23,470 nt of DNA, from positions 1-23,470 of IMG/VR virus record IMGVR_UViG_3300021431_000070, one strand, 5' to 3'. The DNA is from a virus. The notes under the pieces were generated by a model. That model did not search any database. It saw only the letters and a program-made list of their open reading frames with translations, and was not told where the DNA came from. Positions 7,917 to 16,409 of this stretch are shown in pieces. Each line of letters begins with the position of its first letter. Within the stretch, counting starts at the first letter, position 1. The position numbers and the translations under genes are program-made.

Positions 7917-7926
7917 GCCCTTTTTT
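7906..7926 (+). terminator. Weak intrinsic terminator overlapping the stop codon of the head morphogenesis gene
   Basis: AAGGGCT / gta / AGCCCTT 7-bp stem followed by TTTT. The short stem and 3-nt loop lower confidence. Confidence 0.4.
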
Positions 7927-8003
7927 AATGCGTATATATTCGAGGGCTCTTCGGAGAACTCAGCAGAGGGCAGAGAGATCTGAACTCAGAAAGGAAAAAG
8001 AAT

Positions 8004-8570
8004 ATGGAAGAAAACAAAGCTCTTGAAACTCAGGAATTAGAAGAGGGTCAGGACACCAAGACTTACTCGCAGGCAGAGGTTGATGCATTGCTTCAGGCAG
8101 AGACTGACCGAAGAGTAACATCTGCTCTTAAAAAGGCAGAGGAAAAGAACAAGGCCAAAGTGAAAGAGGCTGAGAAACTCGCAGCAATGAACTCCCAGCA
8201 GAAGTATGAATACGAACTGGAGCAGAGGGAGAAAGCCATTGTTGAGAAAGAGAGAGCCCTTGCACTGGCAGAGAACAAAAATGAAGCAGCTAAAATCTTA
8301 GAAGAGAAGGGCTTAAGCCTTCAGCTCGTTGACTTTGTAGTGGCTGAGGATGCCGAGACGATGAGTGCTAACATCAAGTTACTTGATAAGGCATTTAAGT
8401 CATCTGTTAAGGCAGAGGTAGAGAAGAGACTGGGAACCAACATTCCTAAGAAGAACCTTCCTCCGGATGAAGCCATCAACAGAGAACAGTTCCGCAAGAT
8501 GTCACTTGCCGAGCAGGCAGAGCTGTATAGGACTAACCCTGAACTCTACAATCAACTTACGAAAGGATAA
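8004..8570 (+). CDS. Capsid scaffolding protein (DUF4355-like)
   Basis: Highly charged coiled-coil protein. The motif YSQAEVDALLQAETDRRVTSALKKAEEK is typical of phage scaffold proteins. Directly upstream of the capsid gene. Confidence 0.8.
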   Translation: MEENKALETQELEEGQDTKTYSQAEVDALLQAETDRRVTSALKKAEEKNKAKVKEAEKLAAMNSQQKYEYELEQREKAIVEKERALALAENKNEAAKILEEKGLSLQLVDFVVAEDAETMSANIKLLDKAFKSSVKAEVEKRLGTNIPKKNLPPDEAINREQFRKMSLAEQAELYRTNPELYNQLTKG

Positions 8571-8578
8571 AAGAGAAA

Positions 8579-9376
8579 ATGGCAAATACAGTTTATGCTA
8601 ACAAGGTAATTGAAAACAAAATGGCTGACATGCTTACAACTAAGTTAGACATGGCTCAGTTCTTCACAACTGACTATTCTCTGACAGAAGCTGCAGGCAT
8701 GGTCAAAGAGATCCACACTTATACCGCTTCCGGTAACGTAGAGCGCCTGAATCAGGGAGTTGGCAACACTTCCGTAATCGAGGGAAGCTTTGCTTCCGCT
8801 CCGTACACAGTAAAGGTCCTTCAGGGCAAAGGTGTGTACTATGACGAAGAAGCTATGAAGGATCCGTTCATCGTTGATGTCATCATGAGAGGCATGGCAG
8901 ACAAGATGGTTAACCAGATCGCAGCAGAAGCAGTTACAGAGTTTGGCACAGCTACTCTTACCCAGGCATGTGACTTCTCCACAACTTCCAGCAGCTATGT
9001 ATTCAACGCAATCGTTGATGCAATCGGCAAGCTGAATGTTGAGCAGGAAGAAGGCTTCTTCATCCTTGCTAACCCATCCGCTCAGGCATATCTCCGCAAA
9101 GGCTTAGGCCAGGATCTCAAATATGTAGAGGCATTTGCTAAGACCGGTTACATCGGTTCTGTAGTAGGCCTTCCGCTCTTCATCACCAAAGCAGTTCCGA
9201 ACAGCACAATGTTTATCGCTAACAGAGAAGCTGTCACGAACTTTATTAAGAGAGGTGTTGAAGTAGAGCAGGAAAGAGACGCTGACACCAGAAAGAACAG
9301 CCTTTTCATCCGCCAGTGCAATGTTGTTGCTCTTACGGATGCAACTAAAGTTGTTAAACTCGCACCAAGCGCATAA
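8579..9376 (+). CDS. Major capsid protein
   Basis: Position after the scaffold, 265 aa, strong codon usage and high-expression context. No separate prohead protease is seen. Confidence 0.75.
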   Translation: MANTVYANKVIENKMADMLTTKLDMAQFFTTDYSLTEAAGMVKEIHTYTASGNVERLNQGVGNTSVIEGSFASAPYTVKVLQGKGVYYDEEAMKDPFIVDVIMRGMADKMVNQIAAEAVTEFGTATLTQACDFSTTSSSYVFNAIVDAIGKLNVEQEEGFFILANPSAQAYLRKGLGQDLKYVEAFAKTGYIGSVVGLPLFITKAVPNSTMFIANREAVTNFIKRGVEVEQERDADTRKNSLFIRQCNVVALTDATKVVKLAPSA

Positions 9377-9391
9377 TTCAGGAGGTAGGCA

Positions 9392-9703
9392 ATGGCACTC
9401 TTAGATAACATCAAAACAGAATTAGGTATCAGCGATACCAGCAAAGATGATCTGCTGTCATTGCTTATTACCAATGAGCAGACAAATGCTCAAACCATTA
9501 CCCACAATGAAGATGTAGCAGATGATGAAGTTCTGATCCAGAGGATGGTGATCTGGAGATACAACACTCTTGGATCTGAAGGACTTACAGCAGAGAACTA
9601 TAGCGGAGTAAGTTATTCTTATACCGCTGACTACCCTGCTGATATTGATAGGCTTCTGAAATCCCACAGAAAGATTAGGGTCATTAAAAATGCTCAATCG
9701 TGA
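9392..9703 (+). CDS. Head-tail connector protein (gp6-like / DNA packaging protein)
   Basis: The N-terminal LLDNIKTELGISDTSKDDLLSLLI pattern is typical of Phage_connect_1 proteins. First gene after the capsid gene. Confidence 0.7.
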   Translation: MALLDNIKTELGISDTSKDDLLSLLITNEQTNAQTITHNEDVADDEVLIQRMVIWRYNTLGSEGLTAENYSGVSYSYTADYPADIDRLLKSHRKIRVIKNAQS

Positions 9704-9983
9704 AATGGTAGCCGTAACTCTCCAGTCATTCTCCAGTGAGCTGGACAGTTATGGACAGAAGCAGATCGCTCCGGCAAAGGACTTCATCGACATGGTGATC
9801 AAGCCATACAGCAATGCCAATGTAGATGATCCTCGCTTTGAGGATGTGGAGATCATTGGACTCACTAAGGCTGAGGTTTCCATTAACAACCGGATTATGC
9901 TTTCCTCCGGAGAGACTTATGAAGTACTTCATGTACAGCCGGGGGAAAGATATAACCAGGTATTCATGAGGCGGAGAGCATGA
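9690..9983 (+). CDS. Head closure / head-tail adaptor protein
   Basis: Size (97 aa) and position in the neck module. Confidence 0.5.
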   Translation: MLNREMVAVTLQSFSSELDSYGQKQIAPAKDFIDMVIKPYSNANVDDPRFEDVEIIGLTKAEVSINNRIMLSSGETYEVLHVQPGERYNQVFMRRRA

Positions 9984-10420
9984 GTAAGTTTGTGATAGGC
10001 CTTGAGCAGCTTAATCTGACTATTGATCAGATGAAGAATGCAGACCTAAGCATTCCCTTAGGCAGAGCCGGTGCTCTGGTGGAAGGGGAAGCAAAAAAGA
10101 ATGTGACCGGATGGGGCATGGGAGGTAATGGAGAGCTAAGGAACTCCATCCTCTATACCGTTAATGACAATCAGGCGCAGATAGGCACCAATGTCTACTA
10201 TGCGCCTTATGTTGAGTATGGCACTGGTTTATTTGGTCCTGCAGGGGCAAGGATATACCCAAGACATGCAAAGGTGCTCCATTGGACAGACAGAGATGGC
10301 GAACACTTTGCAAAATCTGTTAAGGGTATGAAGCCAAGACCATTCATGCATCCGGCACTTACTCAGAACCGCACAAAGGTATTGGAAATCTTCAGGAACT
10401 ATTTCAGAGGTTTGAAATGA
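9980..10420 (+). CDS. HK97 gp10-family neck/tail-completion protein
   Basis: GELRNSILYTV and YAPYVEYGTG motifs are characteristic of the HK97 gp10 family. Confidence 0.8.
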   Translation: MSKFVIGLEQLNLTIDQMKNADLSIPLGRAGALVEGEAKKNVTGWGMGGNGELRNSILYTVNDNQAQIGTNVYYAPYVEYGTGLFGPAGARIYPRHAKVLHWTDRDGEHFAKSVKGMKPRPFMHPALTQNRTKVLEIFRNYFRGLK

Positions 10421-10776
10421 TTGATTACAACAAAGAAGTAAAGGAAGCGCTTGATCAGGTGCTTCCTGCTTATTATGAACTCTTTGCGGATGGATCCATT
10501 CCGCTCCCGGCTATCACTTATCAGGAGTACAGCAACTATGATGCAGCATGGAGCATGGAAACTACCGGAATTGGCTACAGTTACATACAGTTTATGGTAA
10601 AGGTTTGGGCGAATAGCAAAGCAGATGCAGAAACCTATGCGCTTCAAGCAGATCTGGCCATGCGGAAACTTGGCTTCCACAGAGTTTCTGGTGATGAAAT
10701 GGTTGTGGATAACCAGATATGCAAGCTGAATCTTTACGAAGCGCTGGCAAAAGAACAATACGAACAAGGAGAATAA
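10417..10776 (+). CDS. Tail terminator / tail completion protein
   Basis: 119 aa, immediately upstream of the major tail gene with ATGA overlap. Confidence 0.5.
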   Translation: MIDYNKEVKEALDQVLPAYYELFADGSIPLPAITYQEYSNYDAAWSMETTGIGYSYIQFMVKVWANSKADAETYALQADLAMRKLGFHRVSGDEMVVDNQICKLNLYEALAKEQYEQGE

Positions 10777-10779
10777 TAA

Positions 10780-11187
10780 ATGGCAGGATATATCACAAAG
10801 GGCATGAAGCTCTCCTACAGCTCTGACGGAAGCACCTACACTGACCTTGTAGGCCTTCAGGAGTTCCCGGATATGGGCGGAAACAAGGACTCTGTTGAAG
10901 TCACCACTTTCGATGATGCTGCACATGTATATCGCAACGGCATCGAGAACTATGGCGACAGCATCTCATTCACATTTCTCCATGACGCAACGCAGTTCAC
11001 AACGATGGCTGCATGGACCGGAGAAATGTTCTGGAAGCTGTCCATCACAGATGGTGAAAATGATGCAATTGACACAACTGCTACATGGAAGGGTGAGCCT
11101 TCTGTACAGTTCAATGGCAAAGGCATCAATGAGGCTCTGACAGATACTCTTAACATCACACCAACCACAGCTATCACCTGGGCGTGA
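10780..11187 (+). CDS. Major tail protein
   Basis: 135 aa. LVGLQEFPDMGGNKDSVEVTTFDD is typical of phi13/TP901-1-type major tail proteins. Followed by the chaperone pair and tape measure. Confidence 0.8.
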   Translation: MAGYITKGMKLSYSSDGSTYTDLVGLQEFPDMGGNKDSVEVTTFDDAAHVYRNGIENYGDSISFTFLHDATQFTTMAAWTGEMFWKLSITDGENDAIDTTATWKGEPSVQFNGKGINEALTDTLNITPTTAITWA

Positions 11188-11204
11188 GGCTGAAGGTATT
11201 GGAG

Positions 11205-11245
11205 GGGAGGAAGGTTTTACTTATGCTTTCTCCTCCCTTCCTCCC
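11205..11245 (+). other. Perfect 10-bp purine/pyrimidine hairpin between the major tail and chaperone genes
   Basis: GGGAGGAAGG (11205-11214) pairs with CCTTCCTCCC (11236-11245), with a 21-nt loop. No U-tract follows. Confidence 0.5.
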
Positions 11246-11264
11246 ACTTAAAAAGGAGAAAGAT

Positions 11265-11609
11265 ATGTATTACGAATTTACTGTAAATGACAGAACATAC
11301 AAATTGAAACTGAGAACCCGAGATATTGTGGATGTAGAGAAGAAGCTGGGCAAAACTCTGCTGATGTTATTTGGAGAAAAATACAACCAGATTCCATCTT
11401 TAGAGGTGTGTGCGCTCCTGATCCATGCAAGCATGCAGAAGTATGAGCATGGCATCCGCTATGAGAATGTTCTGGACATCTTAGATGAATACCTTGAAGA
11501 GCACAGCTATCCTGAGCTGATGAATGTGCTTATTGGTATCTATGAGGCTTCCGGATTAATTCCTAAATCTGATGAAGAGAAAGAACTGGAAGCAGAAGCA
11601 AAAAACTAA
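11265..11609 (+). CDS. Tail assembly chaperone (G-like, zero-frame product)
   Basis: AAGGAGAAAG SD before the ATG at 11265 (track ORF 11184 starts too early). Acidic C-terminus. Ends in the slippery heptamer. Confidence 0.75.
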   Translation: MYYEFTVNDRTYKLKLRTRDIVDVEKKLGKTLLMLFGEKYNQIPSLEVCALLIHASMQKYEHGIRYENVLDILDEYLEEHSYPELMNVLIGIYEASGLIPKSDEEKELEAEAKN

Positions 11610-12019
11610 CCGGAGCAGAGGAGAATGACCCCTCTGCTCTTTTAACTGGTTATATCTTCACTCTCCGCAACTGGTGCCTGATTGCCGGGCTGATGGAGGA
11701 GGACTTTTGGGAGCTTGATTTTGGAGAGGCTAAGCGTTACATGCTGGCTGCCAACATCCGCCAGAGGGACTCAGCCAAGATGCAGGCAATCAATTCCTAC
11801 AAACATGCTCAGTTAATGATATATGCCATCGCAAGAGGCTTAGGTGAAAAGGTAGAGTTCCCTGAGCTTCATGCTCTATATCCGGAACTGTTTGGGGAGA
11901 AGGACAAAGAGGATGCGGAGATTCAAAGGCAGAATGCAATAGCAGAAAAATCAATTAACAACTTCATGGCATTTGCAAGCAATTGGAATGCCAGATTTGA
12001 GGAAGATTCAAATGAATGA
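11265..12019 (+). CDS. Tail assembly chaperone, -1 frameshift extended form (GT-like, about 251 aa)
   Basis: The -1 frame is open from 11576 to 12019, overlapping the end of the G ORF. Track ORF 11693..12019 is the distal part of this frame and lacks its own SD. Confidence 0.7.
11600..11639 (+). promoter_or_regulatory. -1 programmed ribosomal frameshift signal: slippery A_AAA_AAC plus downstream hairpin
   Basis: Zero-frame codons GCA AAA AAC TAA. The heptamer spans 11600-11606, followed by a 6-nt spacer. The stem is GAGCAGAGG (11613-11621) / CCTCTGCTC (11631-11639) with a 9-nt loop, then TTTT. Confidence 0.75.
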
Positions 12020-14039
12020 AGGCTTATATGTAACAATAGAAGCGGATGACAGCAAATACCAGGCAGCGATGAACCGGGTGCAGTCAGCCACCAAACAGAC
12101 CGCCTCACAGATCGAGATGGCTATGGAGGCTGTGCAGATCGCACTCGGTCCGGAAATGGTTCAGGCTGCAGAATCCGCAGGATATTCTTTGGAGAAACTT
12201 GGCGAGGTACTCCTTAAGATTAAGTCAAAGGGCTTATCTCTTGATGACTCCCTTGATGCTCTTAAGCAGGCTTTAGGAGAATTAGGAGTACAAGCGGAGC
12301 AGGCCTCTACGAAAGTACAGTCAGCCTCCACTAAATCAAGCGGAGGCTTCAGCAGGATAGGCATGGGGGCAAAGGTGTTCCTGGCAAATATGGCAGCGAT
12401 GGCAGTGCAACAGTTTGCACAAATGGCACAGCAGGCACTCGGCAATGTAGTTAGCTGGGCGAATCAGACCGGCAACAGTTTTGCTTCCTGCTTTGCGGAT
12501 CTAAGCGCATCAGCCAACCAGATGAAGAACCAGCTTGGCGCAGCATTTGCATCCCTGCTTCAGACGTTATCGCCTGTTATCATGCAGATTATCAGTTATG
12601 TCATTGTATTAGCTGATGCACTATCTCAGGTATTCGCTGCGCTTGGTGGTAGATCTACTTACTTAAGAGCCAAGAAAAACTTTGGCGGAGTAGGAGCTGC
12701 AGTCGGTGGAGTAGGAGCTGCAGCCGCAGGAGCTAATAAAGAACTCAAGAAAACTCTTCTTGCATTTGATGAACTTAACCAGATGCAGGATAACTCTTCC
12801 TCCGGAGGCGGAGGTGGAGGAGGCGGTGGCGGTGGTGCCGGTGGTGGCATTGGCGATCTGTTTGAAGAAGCACCACTTGCTACAGAGGGCCTGCTTGGCA
12901 TGTTCAATAAACTTGCCTCTGTTGTTGGTCCTATTTTTAAAGAAGTAGGGAAGTTTATTGATGATAACCTTCTTTATCCAATATCAAAGGGCGTACCTGG
13001 TGCAATGACCGCCTTAATGGGTATTTTTGAGCATGATAAAGAAAAATTTATTAGTGGCTTGGATGAGATGCAGGAAGGCATTGCAAATACCGAATGGCTC
13101 AAAAAGGTATCTCAGGCCATTGCAAATGTTTTCAAATTCCTTATGTCTATTCCTCTTAAGATCAAGAAAGTAATCTTACAAGCTGGTCTTGATATTGCGG
13201 AAGGGCTCCGCCCCGTGCTTGAGTTTTTTGGCATAGATGTAGATGGCTTTGTGTCAAACCTGCAGACAGCCATTGATAAGACTGATGAAGGCATTGAGAA
13301 GAACGAGAAATACTGGGACACATGGAACCAGTGGTATGAGGGCTCAATAACCACAGAAGAGATGATTAAAGCCCAGGACAGACTCAAGGGCGCTGTTGGG
13401 CAAAACACTAGCGCACTTAGGCAATATATTGACATGTACCCGGAACTTTCTGCAGCAGGAGAAACAGCAAGCACTATTGTTAGAAAAGCATTAGGAAAAA
13501 CCAAAGAAGGTGCAGACACTGTTAAGGGCGGAATTGATAGCGCAGCCGGATCCATTAGAAATCTTGCAAGCTCTGCCCCTAACTTCAATGGCATTAACAA
13601 TGGCCTTAAAGGTATTGGAAGCCAGGCGGATAGCGTAAGCGGTAAAGTGTGGGCCCTTAAGAACGCTCTCAATAATCTCTCTGGAACTACAGCGACAGCC
13701 ACAATCCAAGCAGTTACAAGCGTAATCAATGGTTTAACCAGACGATACGCAGAAGGCGGTCATCCGGAAGTAGGTCAGCTCTTTATCGCAAGAGAGGCAG
13801 GCCCTGAGCTTGTAGGTACAATGGGCGGAACTCCTACTGTTGCTAACAATGCTGACATCATCGCTGGTATTGAGGCTGGTGTCTACAATGCATTCATGAG
13901 AGCAGAAGGCGGTGCCGGTGGTGGAAGTACTACCACAGAGGTCAATGTATACATGGATAATGAAGTAGTAGCAAGAGCTGCACTTGCAGGGCAGAGCTCA
14001 CTGAACAGAAGATACAATGTATCTGCCTATGCGCATTAA
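12012..14039 (+). CDS. Tape measure protein (675 aa)
   Basis: Largest ORF directly after the chaperone pair. Ala/Gln/Gly-rich helical composition. The ATG at 12012 overlaps the GT stop (ATGAATGA). An 11-Gly tract lies at 12804-12836. Confidence 0.85.
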   Translation: MNEGLYVTIEADDSKYQAAMNRVQSATKQTASQIEMAMEAVQIALGPEMVQAAESAGYSLEKLGEVLLKIKSKGLSLDDSLDALKQALGELGVQAEQASTKVQSASTKSSGGFSRIGMGAKVFLANMAAMAVQQFAQMAQQALGNVVSWANQTGNSFASCFADLSASANQMKNQLGAAFASLLQTLSPVIMQIISYVIVLADALSQVFAALGGRSTYLRAKKNFGGVGAAVGGVGAAAAGANKELKKTLLAFDELNQMQDNSSSGGGGGGGGGGGAGGGIGDLFEEAPLATEGLLGMFNKLASVVGPIFKEVGKFIDDNLLYPISKGVPGAMTALMGIFEHDKEKFISGLDEMQEGIANTEWLKKVSQAIANVFKFLMSIPLKIKKVILQAGLDIAEGLRPVLEFFGIDVDGFVSNLQTAIDKTDEGIEKNEKYWDTWNQWYEGSITTEEMIKAQDRLKGAVGQNTSALRQYIDMYPELSAAGETASTIVRKALGKTKEGADTVKGGIDSAAGSIRNLASSAPNFNGINNGLKGIGSQADSVSGKVWALKNALNNLSGTTATATIQAVTSVINGLTRRYAEGGHPEVGQLFIAREAGPELVGTMGGTPTVANNADIIAGIEAGVYNAFMRAEGGAGGGSTTTEVNVYMDNEVVARAALAGQSSLNRRYNVSAYAH

Positions 14040-14051
14040 GGAGGTGAACCG

Positions 14052-14420
14052 ATGGCAGTTAAACAGATGATAATTGTTGATGGTGTTGGGTTCACTCCTT
14101 CAGAGATGACAGTCAACATCCAGAATGTTAATGCAGCAGATTCTGGAAGAGTTCTGAATGCCAATGCCACCATGTACACCAACCGGCTGACAAGGAAGTA
14201 CAAGATCCAGCTGTCTTGGTGGGGACCTGATCCGGAAGAGACTAAACGGATCCTGCAGGCATTTGCTCCTGAATACTTCTGGGTAAGGTTTACAGATCCA
14301 CTCACAAATGCACTGACCACTAAGCAGTTTTACTGCGGAGATCAGAGCATTCCGGTCAAAACATGGCTCAGCAATAACAAGAGATACAGCAAAGTAAGTT
14401 TTAATATAATTGAGAGGTAG
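14052..14420 (+). CDS. Distal tail protein (Dit)-like small tail protein
   Basis: Position immediately after the tape measure. At 122 aa it is short for a Dit, so the assignment is positional only. Confidence 0.45.
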   Translation: MAVKQMIIVDGVGFTPSEMTVNIQNVNAADSGRVLNANATMYTNRLTRKYKIQLSWWGPDPEETKRILQAFAPEYFWVRFTDPLTNALTTKQFYCGDQSIPVKTWLSNNKRYSKVSFNIIER

Positions 14421-14423
14421 CTA

Positions 14424-16409
14424 ATGATTTCCACATCACAAGATTGGAAAGATTATACAGCGGAATCCAATGTTTTCCAGATTAAGGCAGTGCTCACACC
14501 AGTGGTAGGCGCTGCTCTTAATTTGACCGGAGATGATTTTATGGGAGGGTCTGTAAGGTTTACAGATGCCTCCTCCTCTGGGCAGAGTTTCAACATTGGT
14601 TCTGTAATATCTAACAGCTTCAAATGCACACTGAATAATCAGGATGGCAAGTTTGATGGCTTCAGATTCCGGGGCGCAACCATTGCGGTCCAGTTTGGAG
14701 TCATCTATGAGGATGAATCAGCGGAATGGATTGACCGTGGCATTTATACAGTTGAGATGCCATCGACACTTGGCAAAACCATTCAGCTTGTTGCCTATGA
14801 CTTCATGGATAAGATGAACCGGGCATACATCGGCAAGGATGGAAATGGTGATATTGTTTTTCCTATCTATTCTCAGGCACTTGCGCAGGCGCTCTGTGAT
14901 TATTGCGGAGTCTCCTATGATGAGGACTTTTGGAGCATCAGCTCAAACCTTGAAATAGATGGATTTGAGTATAACGAAAGCACCACATGTAGAGAAGTAC
15001 TCTGCTGGATCTGCCAGATTAACTGCGGATTCGCTCGCATGAAGAATGATGGCAAAATGAAAGTGCAGTGGTACTCATCTGGAAATGCTGAGGTTCTGAG
15101 TGATGCACTGGATGGCGGAATCATGAATCCGTGGGGTTCAGATGAGACTGCTGATGGTGGAATCATGGATCCATGGACTGTGGTTCCTGATATAGATGGC
15201 GGTTATGCTCTGGATTATTCTGTGAGCAAAGTATCTGCAATCTCTGTAGGATCAGAGGATGTAGAGATAACCGGTGTCAGGGCATATGTTCCAAACACAG
15301 TTGATGCTTTTAACTTCTCTACAGCAGGAGCACCAGGATATATTCTGGAGATTAAAGACAATGCACTTGTTAATGATGAAAATAAGGAAGTAGTAGCAAA
15401 TGCCATCTGGCAGACCTTAAAGGGCATCAAACTCAGACCTTATAATGCAACTATCTATGGAGATCCGGCTTATGAGGCAGGCGATCTGATTGCAATCTCT
15501 GACTATTTAGGCAGAGTTTTTGTTTCCTATGTCACTAACATTACTTTTAATCTGAATGCCTTGGAGACAATCAGCTGCGGAGCTGAGACTCCGGCAGACA
15601 TGGAGAACTCTTACTCTAACCCAAATACATCTGTAATGGCTGGTGCTGTCGTTAATGCATATGATTACATCCAAGCAAAGAAGATCTCAGCGGACTATAT
15701 CTCTGCCGGAACAATCGAGGCAACTGTAGTTGCAAAGGACTTCAAACTTGAGGGCGGTTCAATCTCAATCGAAACAAATGATGAAAATGCCGATTGGATT
15801 AACCTTAACTTAAATAGTGGCACTGGAAGATATACAAGTAACACCTCTCCAACTGTTATGGGAATTGCTGCGGAGTACGATTATTATGCGGACTTTATAG
15901 GCAACAGAAATGTAATGGCTGGCCTTGAGGTAGGCAGATGGGATGGACAGACACAAACCCAAGTTTTAACCGCAGATGCAATGGGCAATGTCTACATCAA
16001 TGGAAACGGAACTGCAAAGTTTAGTGGGTCTGTCACAGCAACCTCGTTTGTTAACTCTTCACGCATTGACTTGAAAGAGAATATTAAAAAGGTTGATTCT
16101 GTTTTAAACAAGATCAAAGATGCGGACATCCTCTCTTTTAACTTCATTGATGATGCAAAAGAGCGCATAGGTCTTGCGATCGGTGGCAAGTACAATGTGC
16201 CGGAGGAAGTAGTTGCTAAAGATGAGGATGGAGAAGATCAAGGTGTAGACCTTTACACAATGGTTTCAATGGCATGGAAGGCTATCCAGGAACAGCAAGA
16301 AATCATAGAGCAGTTAGAAACAAGGGTGGAAGTGTTAGAAAAGAAACTGAATCCTTTTGGAAAGATAACAGACATCATAAAAGGAGATAATGATGGCAAT
16401 ACAAATTAG
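14424..16409 (+). CDS. Tail-associated (Tal / prophage tail endopeptidase-like) protein with C-terminal S74-type intramolecular chaperone domain
   Basis: 661 aa in the Tal position. The C-terminal SSRIDLKENIKKV ... GLAIGGKYNVPEEVV ... VDLYTMVSMAWKAIQEQQEIIEQLE (nt 16056-16406) matches the auto-cleaving Peptidase_S74 chaperone pattern. Confidence 0.7.
   Translation: MISTSQDWKDYTAESNVFQIKAVLTPVVGAALNLTGDDFMGGSVRFTDASSSGQSFNIGSVISNSFKCTLNNQDGKFDGFRFRGATIAVQFGVIYEDESAEWIDRGIYTVEMPSTLGKTIQLVAYDFMDKMNRAYIGKDGNGDIVFPIYSQALAQALCDYCGVSYDEDFWSISSNLEIDGFEYNESTTCREVLCWICQINCGFARMKNDGKMKVQWYSSGNAEVLSDALDGGIMNPWGSDETADGGIMDPWTVVPDIDGGYALDYSVSKVSAISVGSEDVEITGVRAYVPNTVDAFNFSTAGAPGYILEIKDNALVNDENKEVVANAIWQTLKGIKLRPYNATIYGDPAYEAGDLIAISDYLGRVFVSYVTNITFNLNALETISCGAETPADMENSYSNPNTSVMAGAVVNAYDYIQAKKISADYISAGTIEATVVAKDFKLEGGSISIETNDENADWINLNLNSGTGRYTSNTSPTVMGIAAEYDYYADFIGNRNVMAGLEVGRWDGQTQTQVLTADAMGNVYINGNGTAKFSGSVTATSFVNSSRIDLKENIKKVDSVLNKIKDADILSFNFIDDAKERIGLAIGGKYNVPEEVVAKDEDGEDQGVDLYTMVSMAWKAIQEQQEIIEQLETRVEVLEKKLNPFGKITDIIKGDNDGNTN

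Noticed and set aside
7927-8003. Promoter for the scaffold/capsid genes, and the AACTCAG direct repeat (around 7958 and 7983).
   Set aside because: No acceptable -35/-10 pair with proper spacing was found. The 7-nt repeat is short enough to be chance.
11693-12019. Track ORF as an independent 108-aa gene.
   Set aside because: There is no SD before the ATG at 11693, and its frame is open back to 11576, overlapping the slippery site. It is better explained as the -1 frameshift extension of the chaperone.
12659-12907. Minus-strand ORF with a PPPPPPPPPPP run.
   Set aside because: It is the reverse complement of the poly-Gly (GGN) tract of the tape measure gene, so it is a frame artefact.
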